DNA of 64,000 bases from Octopus vulgaris (Eukaryota). Where the stretch lies: NCBI GenBank assembly GCA_951406725.2, contig OX597815.1:117428001-117492000 (forward strand). Direction: 5' to 3'. The notes under the pieces are model-generated. The model did not search any database. It was not told the origin of the DNA and was given only the letters and a program-made list of their open reading frames with translations. Positions 1-12,600 of this stretch are shown here, one piece after another; the first letter of the stretch is position 1; each line of letters opens with the position of its first letter. A program made the position numbers and the translations under genes.

Positions 1-24
1 TGGTCAAGATTCTGCACTTTTGTT

Positions 25-1200
25 GTGGCCAACGCCATGCCTGACCAGCGCATGGCTCAAGTTTTCTTGACGAATCAAACCGCTACCATCCATAAACAAC
101 TGGCGAATCTGGCTACTCAACAGAGTTCGCCTAATGGTATTAACGAGCTGACGATGGAGGAAATTGTCAACTTTTTTGAATTATCAACAATTCGACCCAA
201 AACGTTTCATTGTGCGAGAACGTTTCAAGTTCTGGAGCGACATGCAACGGAAGCCAGGTGAAACTCTCCAGAAGCTGGCAGCGCGTATACGCCAAGACGT
301 TGCTACCTGTGACTTTCCTACGATCACAGGCCGTCAAGATGAAGCTCTCAGGCAGAGATTCATATGTTCTGTCAACAATGAAGCTATCTTGAAGACTCTT
401 TTCAAGATCAAGGACACAGAGCTGGATTTTGCCCCTACTGTCTAAGTCGCGATTGAGATTGAAGTCGCGGCGAAGGTTGCCAAGGAGACTGTTTACGGTT
501 CCAAGACCAAGCCTGTCAACAAGGTCAGGCAGAGACAGAACACGCGTCAATGAAAAAAACCCATCTGCAGTCTAATTCCATAGACACTGAATCGAAGTGT
601 TACAGATGTGGAAAGGCCCATAACGTGACAGACTGCCCCTACAAAGAAGTTAAATGCTACCTTTGTAACAAGAAAGGGCATTTTGAAGCTGTTTGTAAGA
701 AGAAGCAACGATAGCAACAGAAACATCGTTTCCAACGTTCCGTGAAAGAGAATCACGAAAACAGAGCTTGTAAAAATAAACCTCGGTGAAGTTTCCGACG
801 ATACTTTTTGGTTAGTAGTGTCAATCACAATCCAAGACCGACAGTTCACGATGGAACTGGACTCTGCATCTACGGAAAATTTCGTTTCTTTGCTGGTCTG
901 GAAACAACTAAGAAAACCGAAGCTAGATGATGTCAGACTTAGCTATGGGTCTACCAGCAAGCACAACCTGCCCGTGCTGGGAACTTTCATGGGCCAAACC
1001 AAGGATCCAATGATTAGTAAACAAAAGCTCAATTCTTTACATAGTCACCAAGAACTCTGACCTGAACTTGCTGGGACGAAACACTATTCAGACACTGGGA
1101 ATCTCTGTGGACAATGCTCTTGGACTGAGACGCATAGAGAGTCAAGACAAGAGCGAGGGTGCAAGAACAGCGCATCCTAAGACCTCTAACGGGTCTTATG
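25..1200 (+). mobile_element. Degenerate Gypsy/Ty3 LTR retrotransposon gag-protease fragment
   Basis: Frameshifted gag-like RERFKFWS..RKPGET..LAARIRQ..TCDF..LRQRFICSV, zinc knuckles CYRCGKAHNVTDC and CYLCNKKGHFEAVC (~595-697), aspartic-protease-like MELDSAS (~850); stops and frameshifts. Confidence 0.85.
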
Positions 1201-1386
1201 CTTCCCTATCGAGTTTCCTAGACCATACAGGGTAAATAGAATTTGATACAAGAGCATATATATTTTTAATCGACAGAAAGTTAAAAATATGACTCAAGGA
1301 CCGAAAGTTTCCTATATGCCACTTATCAAACAATCGGACAAGTGTCATGCACGAAACTCTCAACACTTGAGTCACTCTTGATTAGA

Positions 1387-1437
<51 letters not shown>

Positions 1438-1438
<1 letters not shown>

Positions 1439-2060
1439 TGCCCATATCACGAACGAATGCCCTAGACTTGCCCAAAACCGCTAAAAGTTGCGGCGATTCG
1501 ATCAGGTAGCGAAAGTGTTACATTGGAAACTGCGAAAAGTGGGGGCTAGAGAGAGGCAAGACGGGGTATGAGCACAAACCGCGGAGAGTGGCGGAATCAA
1601 ACACTAACAGAATCCTCTGGGATTTCCCAATCCAAACAGATCAGGTGCTAGAACATAACAAACCGGACCTAATGGTAGTGGACAAGATGCACCACATATG
1701 GTTGATGTTGCATACCCCTTTGACCCACAAATAGTCAAGAAAGGAAGGCGAACATATAGATGTATACTATCCTCCTAAGTATGAAATAGCCCGGCTATGG
1801 AAAATGAAGAAAGTGAAGATAGTGCTAATTATTGTTGGGTCCTTGGGAACAGTATCAGAAGGCACCAAGGGGAATATAAAGGAATTTGAAACAGAGTCCC
1901 CCAGTAGAACTGTTACGAAAGGCTTGCCTCCTTGGCATGGCCAGAATATTCAGGAAAGTACTAGATAGCTGAAAAGAATGGATAACATGGTACCGTAGGC
2001 TGCATGTAGTAAGCCCGCTACGCATGTAAGACTTCAGGAGTTCCAACAAAACCTGTAATA
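1438..2060 (+). mobile_element. 5'-truncated R4/Dong-clade non-LTR retrotransposon (RLE domain plus 3' UTR)
   Basis: Broken translation DQVAKVLHWKL..YEHKP..ILWDFPIQTDQVLEHNKPDLMVVDK..KYEIARLWKMKKVKIVLIIVGSLGTV..KACLLGMARIFRKVLDS* (TGA 1970-1972); preceded by (AAT)n at 1388-1437 and followed by a TAA-rich tract. Confidence 0.8.
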
Positions 2061-2189
2061 AAAAGAAATAATAACAACAATAATAAATCTTATACGTGGT
2101 CATCAAATTGGAAGGGTTTATACTATTGATGATCAGTTCAGACTCAGCTTCTGTGAGTAGACGATTACAATGCAAATAAATAGATAAAT

Positions 2190-2410
2190 AAATAAAAAGA
2201 AAAGGCAGAGAATCCCAGAGGGTTGGCGTTATGAGAAAGAAGGATTGGGTAGAGAGATTCGTGTAAGCCTGTATGGCAGGGAAGGATAAGATACACTGTA
2301 GATGACAAGAGGATGAAGCCGAGAAGGTGTGTGGGCTACAACTAGGTGTTAGAGGAGCAGAGGCCATTGTAGTAACAGAAAAGGAGGCATAGTGAAGAGA
2401 AAGTGTATTT
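2190..2410 (-). mobile_element. LINE 3' end relic (CR1/L2/Jockey-like)
   Basis: Minus strand reads SFFLITPTLWDSLP, resembling the SFFPRT..LWNSLP C-terminus of these LINE ORF2s. Confidence 0.5.
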
Positions 2411-3379
2411 GTAGGCTTGGACGGCGCTTTCTTTTTGGAGTAGCCTAAGGGTGTTGGTAAGGGCTGTTGTAGTGTAACCGTATGATGGTGTTGGTGGTTG
2501 GAGTCGTGGGTGTAAAATAGTCTTGTGTTGGTAACGGTGGAGGTTGCTGTGGTTGTAGGGGCTGTAATATGGTTGTCTTTCGTTGATGTTTGTGGTTGCT
2601 GCAATTGTGATTGTGATGGCGGTTCGTGGTTTTTGTTGTTGATGGTGGTTGTGGTGGTGGTGGTCATTGTAATGGTTGTGTCTTTTTTTAATATGACCAT
2701 CTGTTGGTGGTGACGGTGGGGCGATAGAAGATGTTTGTGATGGTGGTGTTGGTGTTGAGGATAGTAATGGGGAGGCTAAGCAGTAATTAGAAAAGGAGGT
2801 CTGATCATCACATGGCTTATGGTAACAATAGCATTAATTCTATGTTAGTACAGTTTGCACTTCACCACAAATCTGCCTTTCACCTTCTTATTGCTCTAAA
2901 TACTTGTCGTGTTTCACCCTCTCCCCTTCCTCTTCATCCCATCATCTACTTCATCATCATTATCATCATTACTGCCGTCGTGGTGGTGGCTGTAATCGTC
3001 GCCATCACCATCAATAACAACCGAGACGGAGCCGCTAAAACAAAGCTATATAATTTCAACAATGTCATCAACAACACTGACAATAGCATTTACGATGATA
3101 TTAAAAAGAAAAATGTTTTAAAAATATGAAAAACAGGAAAAATATGTATATGTATATATATATATCTGCAAATATATATATATAATCTGAAATGAAAATG
3201 GCGAGCAAATATTATTTTGAAAGACATGTGATCAGATAACAGTTCGCCCCCCCCTACATACCTTCCAGCATATGCTTGCTCACATACATGCATGCATACA
3301 TACGTACGTTCATTCATACAAACATATATTCATACGCACTTATACATACATACATACATACATACATACATACATACAT

Positions 3380-3414
<35 letters not shown>

Positions 3415-3969
3415 TATATACATACAATCATAATTGCGTACACGCAAACGCGCGCACGCATAATCTAAAAGAGAGATCAGCTACAGTAAGATTAATTATA
3501 TATCAGGGTCAGTACTTATTCAGCGAACAAAACAAACAGGTAATAACCTGGTTTTTATATCCAATAACAACAAAAACAATTGCGCTAATTCTAACAATTC
3601 TTCAGACATTTTGATGCTGGTGAAAAAACGAACCCTCCTATAGAACTATGGTCATTATGAAGTAAAAAAAAGAAGTCTGGTTTCAAAGTTATGCCTCATG
3701 TAACTGTTTTTAATGCCGTTTCCCAGAAATATCCATCTATAACCTCATATTGTGTTTCTTTGAGCGGATACCGCCACTTACATCTGCTGTATTTCACCAT
3801 GAATGACTGCATCTACAGGTTGATATTTCTATTTTTTCTATTATTTTTCTTTTACCTTGGATATCGACAAACATTGCCATCAAGAGGAGTAAATAGGTAT
3901 GTATATTACACATATATATAAATTTTCATATTCATTCTCTCCTTTTCTTTTTTATTATTTTCCTTGTTT

Positions 3970-5110
3970 AAGGTGGCGAGCTGGCAGAAACGTTAGCACA
4001 CCGGGCGAAATGCTTAGCAGTATTTCTTCGGTTATTTACGTTCTGAGTTCAAATTCCGCCAAGGTCGACTTTGCCTTTCATCCTTTCGGCGTCGATAAAT
4101 TAAGTGCTAGTTACGTACTGGGGTCGATGTAATCGACCTTGAGAGCCGGCGAACAGAATCGTTAGTGCGTCAACCAAAATGGTTAGCAGTTGTATGCTGA
4201 CGTCAATGTAATCGACTTAATCACTTTGTCTGTCTTTGTTTGTCCCCTCTATGTTTAGCCCCTTGTGGGCAATAAAGAAATAAACGTTAGCACGCAGGGC
4301 GAAATGCTTAGCAGTATTTCTTCGGCTATTTACGTTCTGAGTTCAAATTCCGCCGAGGTCGACTTTGCCTTTCATCCCTTCGGGGTCGATTAATTAAGTA
4401 CCAGTTGCGTACTTGGGTCGATCTAATCGACTGACCCCCCTCCCGAAAATTTCGGGCCTTGTGCCTAGAATAGAAAAGATTATTTTCCTTTTTTCTAAAG
4501 CGTCGAACTGGCAGAATTGTTAGCATGCCGGCCATAATGCTTAGCGGCATTTCATTCGTCTTTACGTTCTGTGTTCACATTCCGCCGAAGTCAACATTGC
4601 CTTTCATTCTTACACCCTCTCATGAAATTGCTGACCTTGTGCCAAAATTGGAAACCATTGTTTTCCTTTCTTCTCAGGTGGCAGAATCGTTAACACGCTG
4701 GATAAAATACTTAGCGGCATTTCATCAGTCTTTTTTCTGAGTTAAAATGCCACCGAGGCCGAATTGTCTTTCATTCTTTCAGTCTGATAAAACAAATAAC
4801 GGTTAAGCTTTGGAATCGATTTAATCAACTTGCCCCTCTCACTAAATATCGACGGCCCTGTGCCAAAATTAGAAAGAATTATTTTCCCTTGAGAGCCGGC
4901 GAACAGAATCGTTAGTGCGTCAACCAAAATGGTTAGCGGCATTACTTCGGCTATTTACGTTCTGAGTTTAAATTCCGCTGAGGTCAACTTAACCGTTCAT
5001 CCTTACAGGGTCGATAAAATAAATATCAGTTGTATGCTGACGTCAATGTAATCGACTAACACCCATATCCCACAAAATTATTGGACTTGTATCAAAATTT
5101 GAAATCAGTA
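3970..5110 (+). mobile_element. Head-to-tail cluster of ~5 tRNA-derived SINEs (Meta/MESC-like central domain)
   Basis: Repeated GGCGAGCTGGCAGAA..GTTAGC head, B-box-like GAGTTCAAATTCC and GTCGACTTTGCCTTTCATCCTTTCGGGGTCGATAAA body. Confidence 0.8.
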
Positions 5111-5564
5111 TTTTTCTCTTTTTTCTACATCAGTTGTGCCAAACTCGTTTTGCTTTGTGGACCGGGTTGAAACATAAACTTAGATTTCGTCAGGCGGATA
5201 GGGATAATTGTTTCTAAAAACATTATTCATAATCTGTGCCAAAGTGAATCGATATACAATTGTAACAACTTTATTAGCAATAAATAAAGGAAAGCAATTT
5301 GTTAGCGGAGTTCGTGTGCAGAGATGTATGGGAAAATTTCATTCACTTGATGCACACATGCATACACACACACACATACACACTCACACAGAAAAACACA
5401 CGCGCGAACACAAATGAACACATACACACATACACGGACATATGCATAGTTCTGTCCGGTAAGAGTCAAAAGATTCGCTAAAATGCACTGATTTGACTTA
5501 ATGGAAATCAGTGTTCAATCACGGCGCCATTTGTATTCCGTATCTGAATGCATGCTAGCGATAT

Positions 5565-6063
5565 ATTCTTTTATTCTTTTACTTACTTCAGTTATTAGAC
5601 TGCAGCCATGCTGGGGAATCGTCTTGAAGAATTTTAGTCGAACGAATCGTTAAAATACAGGGACGTAAATACACCAACACCGGTTGTCAAGCGGTGGTAG
5701 GGGACAGACGGGCTTCTTTCAGTTTCCGTTTGCCAAATCCACTCACAAAGCTTTGGTCGGCTAGAGTCTATAATAGAAGACACTTGCCAAAGGTGCTACG
5801 CAGTGGGACTGAACCTGGAACCATGTGGTTGGGAAGCAAGCCACTTCTGCGCTTATTTTAATTTCATTTCTTATCTCTTATTTGTTTCAGTCATCGGAAT
5901 GTGGCCATACTGGGGCACTGCATTGATGTGTTTAATAGAACAAATCGCCCCAAGTTCTTATTCTATCGGTCTCAGTAGCCGAACAGCCATATAATGGGGA
6001 CATAAACAAACCAACACCGATTATTATGTAGTGTAAAGGAACCAACGAAAGCACGAAAGCACG

Positions 6064-6099
<36 letters not shown>

Positions 6100-6270
6100 C
6101 CGGCTTCCACATAGTTTCTGCCTATCAAATTCACTCACACGACGACACGGCATTGGTTGGTCTGGGGCTATTAGTAGAAGTCACTTGCCCAAGGTGCCGT
6201 GCAGTGAAACTGAACTCGAAACCACGTGATTGTAAAGCGAGCTTCTTAACAATATGGCCGTGCCTGCGCC
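5565..6270 (-). mobile_element. Two octopus OR-type (CORE) SINE copies
   Basis: Reverse complement of CCACATGGTTCC..GTTCAGTCCCACTGCG..CCTTGGGCAAGTGTCTTCTACTAT head and ..GACTGAAACAA tail; internal (CA)n in the second copy. Confidence 0.75.
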
Positions 6271-6750
6271 CATACACCCAAAATAATCTACTCCATGCAA
6301 TAACAAAAGTTAAAAGAAACAAAAGCCATTTTTTTATTATATAACATTGAGCTGAGAGCCGGACGAAACATTTCCACGAACCGTACGTTTGACATCTCTG
6401 TACTACATAATAATGCCGCTTTAAATGAATAAAACTGCTAAATATACAGTAATCTATGAAATTTTTGTAGCAACTTTATAAACTTAGTAAAAGTGATAGT
6501 TATATTAAAACTACGTATGTCTGTATAAAATGGGAATGTAATAGAAGGGTGGAGAGTTCGTTACATCTGTTCGGAGTTTGGAAAACCAAGAAGAAGCCCA
6601 TGAATATCTACTGTACCACTTTCTTAAAAAACAGAAGATAACCCTCACTGCTTCGTTGAATACATAACTTATATACATACATACATACATACATACATAC
6701 ATACATACATACATACATACATACATACATACATACATACATACATACAT

Positions 6751-6873
6751 GCAGTAAAAATATGCAAGTTCCAACTGTGAATTTGTCAGTGTTAACTATA
6801 TCCCAAAGATATTGTTGGAAACCTGCTCTCTCCTCAGTGGAAGATTTATAATAATTAAAAAATAGAAGAGACA
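6751..6873 (+). mobile_element. Short 3' end of an R4-like retrotransposon between (TACA)n tracts
   Basis: Matches 46537-46680 (CAGTAAAAATATGCAAG...TTGTTGGAAACC.GCTCTCTCCTCA...AATTAAAAAATAGAAGAGACA). Confidence 0.6.
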
Positions 6874-7046
6874 AGCATACATATATATATACATACATAC
6901 ATACATACATACATACATACATACATACATACATACACATACATATATACATGCATAGATTTTTTAATTGTATGTGTATACATATATACATACATACATA
7001 TGCATGTGTGTATACATATATACATACATATGTACACACACACACG

Positions 7047-7094
<48 letters not shown>

Positions 7095-7265
7095 CATATC
7101 ACATACAAACGCGCCGACAGTTGTTCGACAATGAGTATTCATTTGTTTGATCAAGTGAAATATCCGCCTTTGAATTAACGTCCAAATGACGTTTTACCCG
7201 AGATACCATACGGTGGAAACGAACCGGGGACCTCGAGTCTTTGAAGCGAACTTTTAAATATTCGG

Positions 7266-7355
<90 letters not shown>

Positions 7356-7359
7356 ACGC

Positions 7360-7417
<58 letters not shown>

Positions 7418-7428
7418 CGCCATTTAAA

Positions 7429-7782
7429 CGTGGGTGTTCTATTAGAACAAACTATACTGCGGTAGTTACCAAAAGAGAAACCACTCATAATAGCTTTTGG
7501 TACAAAATGCACGCTTGCTTATATCACTAGCGAGGAGATATCTCCGCCGTTTGCAGCGCGAGACACCAAATCACGTGATTTCGACTTTTATTGGTCTCGT
7601 CAATGATGGACCCTCGACCGCTAGAGATAGTCACGTGATCTGGTGGTCTCAGCACTGGAAATAGTGAGGAGTTATCTCCCCGCTAGCGATATAAAGAAGA
7701 GTGCATTTTGCTCCAAAAGCCAATATAAAAGTTTCTGCAATGGTAACTACTGCAGTGTAGTCTGTTTAACTGAACATCCGCG
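7429..7782. repeat. ~350-bp imperfect fold-back element
   Basis: Arm pairs: GGTAGTTACCA/TGGTAACTACT, CTTTTGGTACAAAATGCAC/GTGCATTTTGCTCCAAAAG, TTATATCACTAGCGAGGAGATATCTCC/GGAGTTATCTCCCCGCTAGCGATATAA, GAGACACCAAATCACGTGA/TCACGTGATCTGGTGGTCTC. Confidence 0.9.
7564..7608 (-). ncRNA. Type I hammerhead ribozyme motif (U3 core variant, AUU site)
   Basis: Minus strand: CAUCA-UUGACGA-GAC(CAAUAAAA)GUC-GAAA-UCACGUGA-UU-UGGUG; all three stems pair and stem III is palindromic. Confidence 0.7.
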
Positions 7783-7954
7783 ACTGAGTGGGGATAAATA
7801 TTACCTCTCGGTATTAATAATGCTTGTGTTGCTAATATATATCTTTTAACACAGATGTGTATGTATGTATGTATGTATGTATGTATGTATGTATGTATGT
7901 ATGCATGTATGTATGTATGTATGTATGTATGTATGTATGTATGTATGTATGTAT

Positions 7955-8063
7955 GTCCGTCTTTGTATCGTCTATCTGTCTGTATGCTTTTGTTGTCGTC
8001 CGTTACGTTCTTATTCCGATTTTGGATTTACATATGTGTATGTGTGTATGCATGAATGTATGT

Positions 8064-8159
<96 letters not shown>

Positions 8160-8242
8160 ATATATATATGTATGTATGTAATTATGTATGTATATATGTG
8201 TGTGTATGTCGCCAACAAATCATAAATCCGAAAGAGAATTAC

Positions 8243-8309
<67 letters not shown>

Positions 8310-9030
8310 TGCTTCTCTATCAATTGGTAGGGATATCAGAAGAAGGAATTTTATTCCGAAATATCATATCAAACTATGGATGATTAAATTACAACAGTTA
8401 TTATAGTCCATTGTTTGTGTTTTAGTTTGTATATTATTGTTTGTGTATATATATATCGGAACACCTCCGTGACATCCGCCTTGCCAACGACACACCGGTC
8501 CGTGACATCCGCCATTTCCGCTCCACCGGTCACTCCTTGCAACACAATGTCTGTGTTCGGTTTGTCCTTGCATAGAGGCCATCCGGATTCCCGTTTGCGC
8601 CGTGAACAAGGATTAATCTTCTCTCTTCGCTCTTTTACGCCATTTGGTCTCAAATCTCCCCCCTCCTCATCTAACCTCCCCCCGACTCCTGCTTCTCTTC
8701 GGTCCTTCATCTTTTCACCCCTACTCTCTTTCCCTCCTATTCCCTTCTTCCCTCCTCTTCTTCCCTCCTCTCCCCTCCTTTCCCACCCCCTCCTCTTCTC
8801 CTCTCCTTCTTTATCCCCCTTCCCCCTCCCTCCTCCCCCTCTTCTCCTCTTTCCCCCTCTCACCCTCCCCCATCTCATCTCATCTCACCCTCACCCCCTC
8901 CTTCTTTCCTTCTCCCCCTTCTCCCCTCCCTCCTCCCTCCTCTTTCCTTCTCCCCTCCCTCCTCCCTCCTCTTTCCTTCTCCCCCCCCCCTCATCTCCCC
9001 CCTTCTCTTTCGGATTTATGATTTGGTGGC

Positions 9031-9068
<38 letters not shown>

Positions 9069-9320
9069 TGTATACATACATAATTACATACATACATACA
9101 TACATACATACATGCATACATTCATGCATACACACACACACACACACATGTAAATAAAAAAAAAAACGGAATATGATCGTAACGGACGACAATAAAAATA
9201 TACGGACAGGGAGACGAAACAAAGACGGACAGGAAAAAAACCAGGACGGATCATTCGTGGCCTTCTATTCATCAGTGAAGTTTCCAATTTTCATTACAGG
9301 TTCGGCCTGTTACACTTGAT

Positions 9321-9371
<51 letters not shown>

Positions 9372-9560
9372 GCACACACACAGACACGCACACATAAAGA
9401 ATAAAATATTTTGAATGACACAACAATGCACTATAAACCGATTATAGCAGCGGCTCCATCAATTCCTAGGGACATCTGAAGAAGGAATTTTATTCCGAAA
9501 TATCATATCAGACCATGGATGATTAAATTACAATAGTTATTATAGTCCATTATTTTTATT
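7955..9560. mobile_element. Penelope-like element composite (GIY-YIG C-terminus plus inverted and direct pseudo-LTR pieces)
   Basis: 8455-8655 (+) encodes EHLRDIR..HFRSTGHS..MSVFGLSLH..RLRREQGLIFSLRSFTPFGL, like a PLE endonuclease end. 7955-8020 is inverted at 9165-9232, 8208-8238 is inverted at 9003-9033, and 8305-8420 repeats directly at 9443-9555. Confidence 0.7.
9470..9515 (+). ncRNA. Minimal PLE-type hammerhead motif
   Basis: CUGAAGA-A-GGAAU(UUU)AUUCC-GAAA-UAUCAUA-UC; stem I is weak. The copy at 8337-8370 has CAGAAGA. Confidence 0.55.
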
Positions 9561-10176
9561 ATAAAGTACATTGTTGTGTCATTCAAAATATTTTATTCTT
9601 TACAAACAATACACAATACTTCAAGCGAACTACAATATTCTCCTATATATATATATATATATATATACATATATGTATCTGTATGTTCACACACATATGT
9701 ATATATACATATATGCGAGCATGTATTTATGCATATATTTCGCTTTTGTTTACGATTTGCGAAAAACTTAACGTATTCCAGGCATTTGTATGTATGTATG
9801 TATGTATGTATGTATGTATGTATGTATGTATGTATGTATGTATGTATGTATGTATGTATGTATGTATGTATGTATGTATTATTATTATTATTATTATGTG
9901 TGTATGACTGTATGTATATATGTATTGGAATAACTTTCAAATCTTCACTAATCGATAGAATATAGGAAACGAGAATCAGCCTTTCCTTTTTTTTTTTAGA
10001 AATCTCCAACGCTTCCACTCCTTTACCCAAATCTATCGTTTCATGTCCGCCTTGTAAAATATTATTACCGGTGTGGTACAAGACATTGATGTTCAATAAT
10101 AATACTTTACTACAGTCGTTCTGTTTGTATGCGAAATATAGACAAGACATTCACAGCTTTGTAGACAAGACATTCA

Positions 10177-11281
10177 CAGTAGCGTACATAGGGTAAATCG
10201 CGCCCGGGGCACGAAGTTGTTTTTCCCACGAGAGTTCCGGACCCCAGTAATGAACTCATTTGCGTACAGCCAATCAGAGCTCACCTTGAAAATCCACATA
10301 CTGTTTACGACTACAGTCAGGCATAGAATGGTGTATGCCACTCTGCGAGTACAGCATAGCAGGTCTCACTTAAGCACCACGTTCCTCACCGCCACCATCT
10401 TTATAGATCAATAGAGCACCATCTCTATATGGTGCTAACATTAGGTACCTATGCCCAGACTGAGGTTAGTGATACTGTTTGTACCTTTTGATATATGCAA
10501 GGAACGCACAATTCGACACAACGCCATATTGGTTACGATGTTTCCAGATCAACACCAACATTTTAAATTAGGAATGTACAAAATCAGTCAAAAAATGAGG
10601 AAACTACACTCATTTACATTTTCTAGTAAATTACCCAAATTGACAACACTTATGGCATCATCGGTGAGCAGCTCGCCATTCTCTTTATACACTAAATTTC
10701 ATATTAGTAACCACTATTAACCCGTTTAGGGCAGTTGGATTTTGCTATAAGGCACATTTTCCACTGAACTCAACCAGAGTATTTTCATGACTAGGTGGAT
10801 ACTAGTTTGATAGTTGAGCTCTGATTGGCTGCATGCAAATGAGTTCATAACTGGGGTCCGGAACACTCGTGGATAAAAAAATTTCGCGCCCAATGCAAGC
10901 CGCAAAAATGCTCTCCTCACCACTAATTACAAAATCCACATTACATAGTACTTATTTGTTATAAATAATTAATGTTTTAATGCAATATTTTAGGAATAAA
11001 TACTTTTACAGCCTGTAATTCAAAATATATATTTTTTAATGTTTACTTTTACAAAGCCTTTTTTGATGCCCTTCGTAAAAATGTCCAGACACGGCAGTAG
11101 ACAGCCATCATATTGCGTTTACCTTCAATAACAGCATAAAACGATATGCAGGAGATCCATCATTACAATTGCAATTTTATAAATGGAGTTTAAGCTTATC
11201 GTATTATGGTAAATTCTGCGCTCCACTTCAATCGGCACCCATGGTACGTGCCTCCCTTGCCCTCTCCTAGTTACGCTATTG
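10177..11281. mobile_element. Non-autonomous DNA transposon with internal ~100-bp inverted repeats
   Basis: Termini CAGTAGCGTACATAGG / CCTAGTTACGCTATTG, TTCA on both flanks; internal inverted repeat 10207-10285 vs 10815-10890. Confidence 0.6.
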
Positions 11282-11373
11282 TTCACAGATGATGGGAACC
11301 TGACTTCTAAAACAATGCATGGCCTCTCTAACTCCCTGAGAACAATAGTAATGTTGTTATAATATAACAACAT

Positions 11374-11606
11374 AAGGCGGCGAGCTGGCAGAACCGTTAG
11401 CACGCCGGGCGAAATGCGTAGCCGTATTTCGTCTGCTGTTACGTTTTGAGTTCAAATTCCGCCGAGGTCGACTTTGCCTTTCATCCTTTCGGGGTCGATA
11501 AATTAAGTACCAGTTACGCACTGGGGTCGATGTAATCGATTTAATCCGTTTGTCTGTCCTTGTTTGCCCCCTCTATGTTTAGCCCCTTGTGGGTGATAAA
11601 GAAACA
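11374..11606 (+). mobile_element. Full-length tRNA-derived SINE (same family as the 3970 cluster)
   Basis: Intact head and body. Further copies at ~13017-13220(+), 13730-13943(-), 20067-20275(+), 26545-26775(+), 27345-27535(-), 36520-37160(+, three), 40647-40770(+, partial). Confidence 0.85.
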
Positions 11607-12047
11607 AATGTTGTTATATTGATACCGGATTTTTAAAAATGTTTTATCAATATTGTTTATGTTCATGAGTGCAATCCTTCAACAAATTGCATTGTATATT
11701 GTTTTACTTTATTTAAAAAATTATTTAGCTTTTCATAACAAGGTAGTGGTACCTTGTAGACATTTTTACGCAATCCCTGGTGATGTAGGCGATATATTTG
11801 ACTATATCTGTGGCGTTGTGGTGGTTGGGGACAATGGTATCTCTTTCTGCTTTGTTAATCAAATATATAGTTGCTATCTCCTACTCTCGAATAGCGAAGG
11901 AAGTTTTGTAGAATCCGCTCCCCCAGTCACCGTGTCTCACATGGGTCTAGTTTGCGAGATTTACTTGTCCTTGCATAGTTTCCCGTTGATCTGACGAGGT
12001 CTTCTCAAATTTTCTCTTCGTGTAGGTTGCTGAGTTACCTTTAGGTC

Positions 12048-12600
12048 CAAGGCTGGGTTAAAACCCATAGAGGCCCTAAGCACTTAAAAGATTTTGGTGC
12101 CCCCATATATATGTAATCTAAAATATAAACAGCAATAAATCATAGAATAAGTTGTTTTTTTTATTTTTCAAAATGAAAGAATACCAACAGTAAGATGGAA
12201 AATACTGTTTATTTTTGCATACTTCCACTTTATTTATATCAGAAAAGTTCTCTTCTACTTTTCTGAATTGCGAAATTTTTGATCATACCCTCACCATTAC
12301 ACCATGAACACTTCGAAATCATATTTTCAATCATATAAACCACTTCGAATATCATTTTACCAAGTTCGAAATGATTTCTTTTGTGTCGTAAACCATTTAC
12401 CATTTTTGTTGTATCCCCTTCCCTTGATGTCCTAAGCACATGCTTATTTTGCTTAATGGTTAATCCAGTGCAACTTAGGTCATATAAAAATATCTGAACC
12501 TGCCAAAGCGATTTCTCCAACTCACATGATCTTATTTTTAGTTTTGAGTGCATGTTTGCTGTAGTCATTTCTTCTTTTACCAATTATTAAGTGTTACCTC
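12048..12600 (-). mobile_element. hAT-like DNA transposon relic
   Basis: Terminal-type sequence GGCCCTAAGCACTTAAAAGATTTTGGTGCCCCC; minus ORF ends IKNFAIQKSRRELF*, resembling a hAT transposase C-terminus. Confidence 0.35.

Noticed and set aside
1855-2700. 281-aa minus-strand ORF
   Set aside because: Low-complexity ACA/CCA tract fused to a LINE tail and antisense R4 sequence.
7197-7230. Weak HHR-like pattern CCGAGA-TACC..GGTG-GAAACG (similar at 54466-54505)
   Set aside because: Too many core and stem defects to distinguish from chance.
11991-12030. CTGACGA as a hammerhead core
   Set aside because: No stem II closed by GAAA; the same applies to 58820-58850 and the minus-strand CTGATGA near 9272 and 14592.
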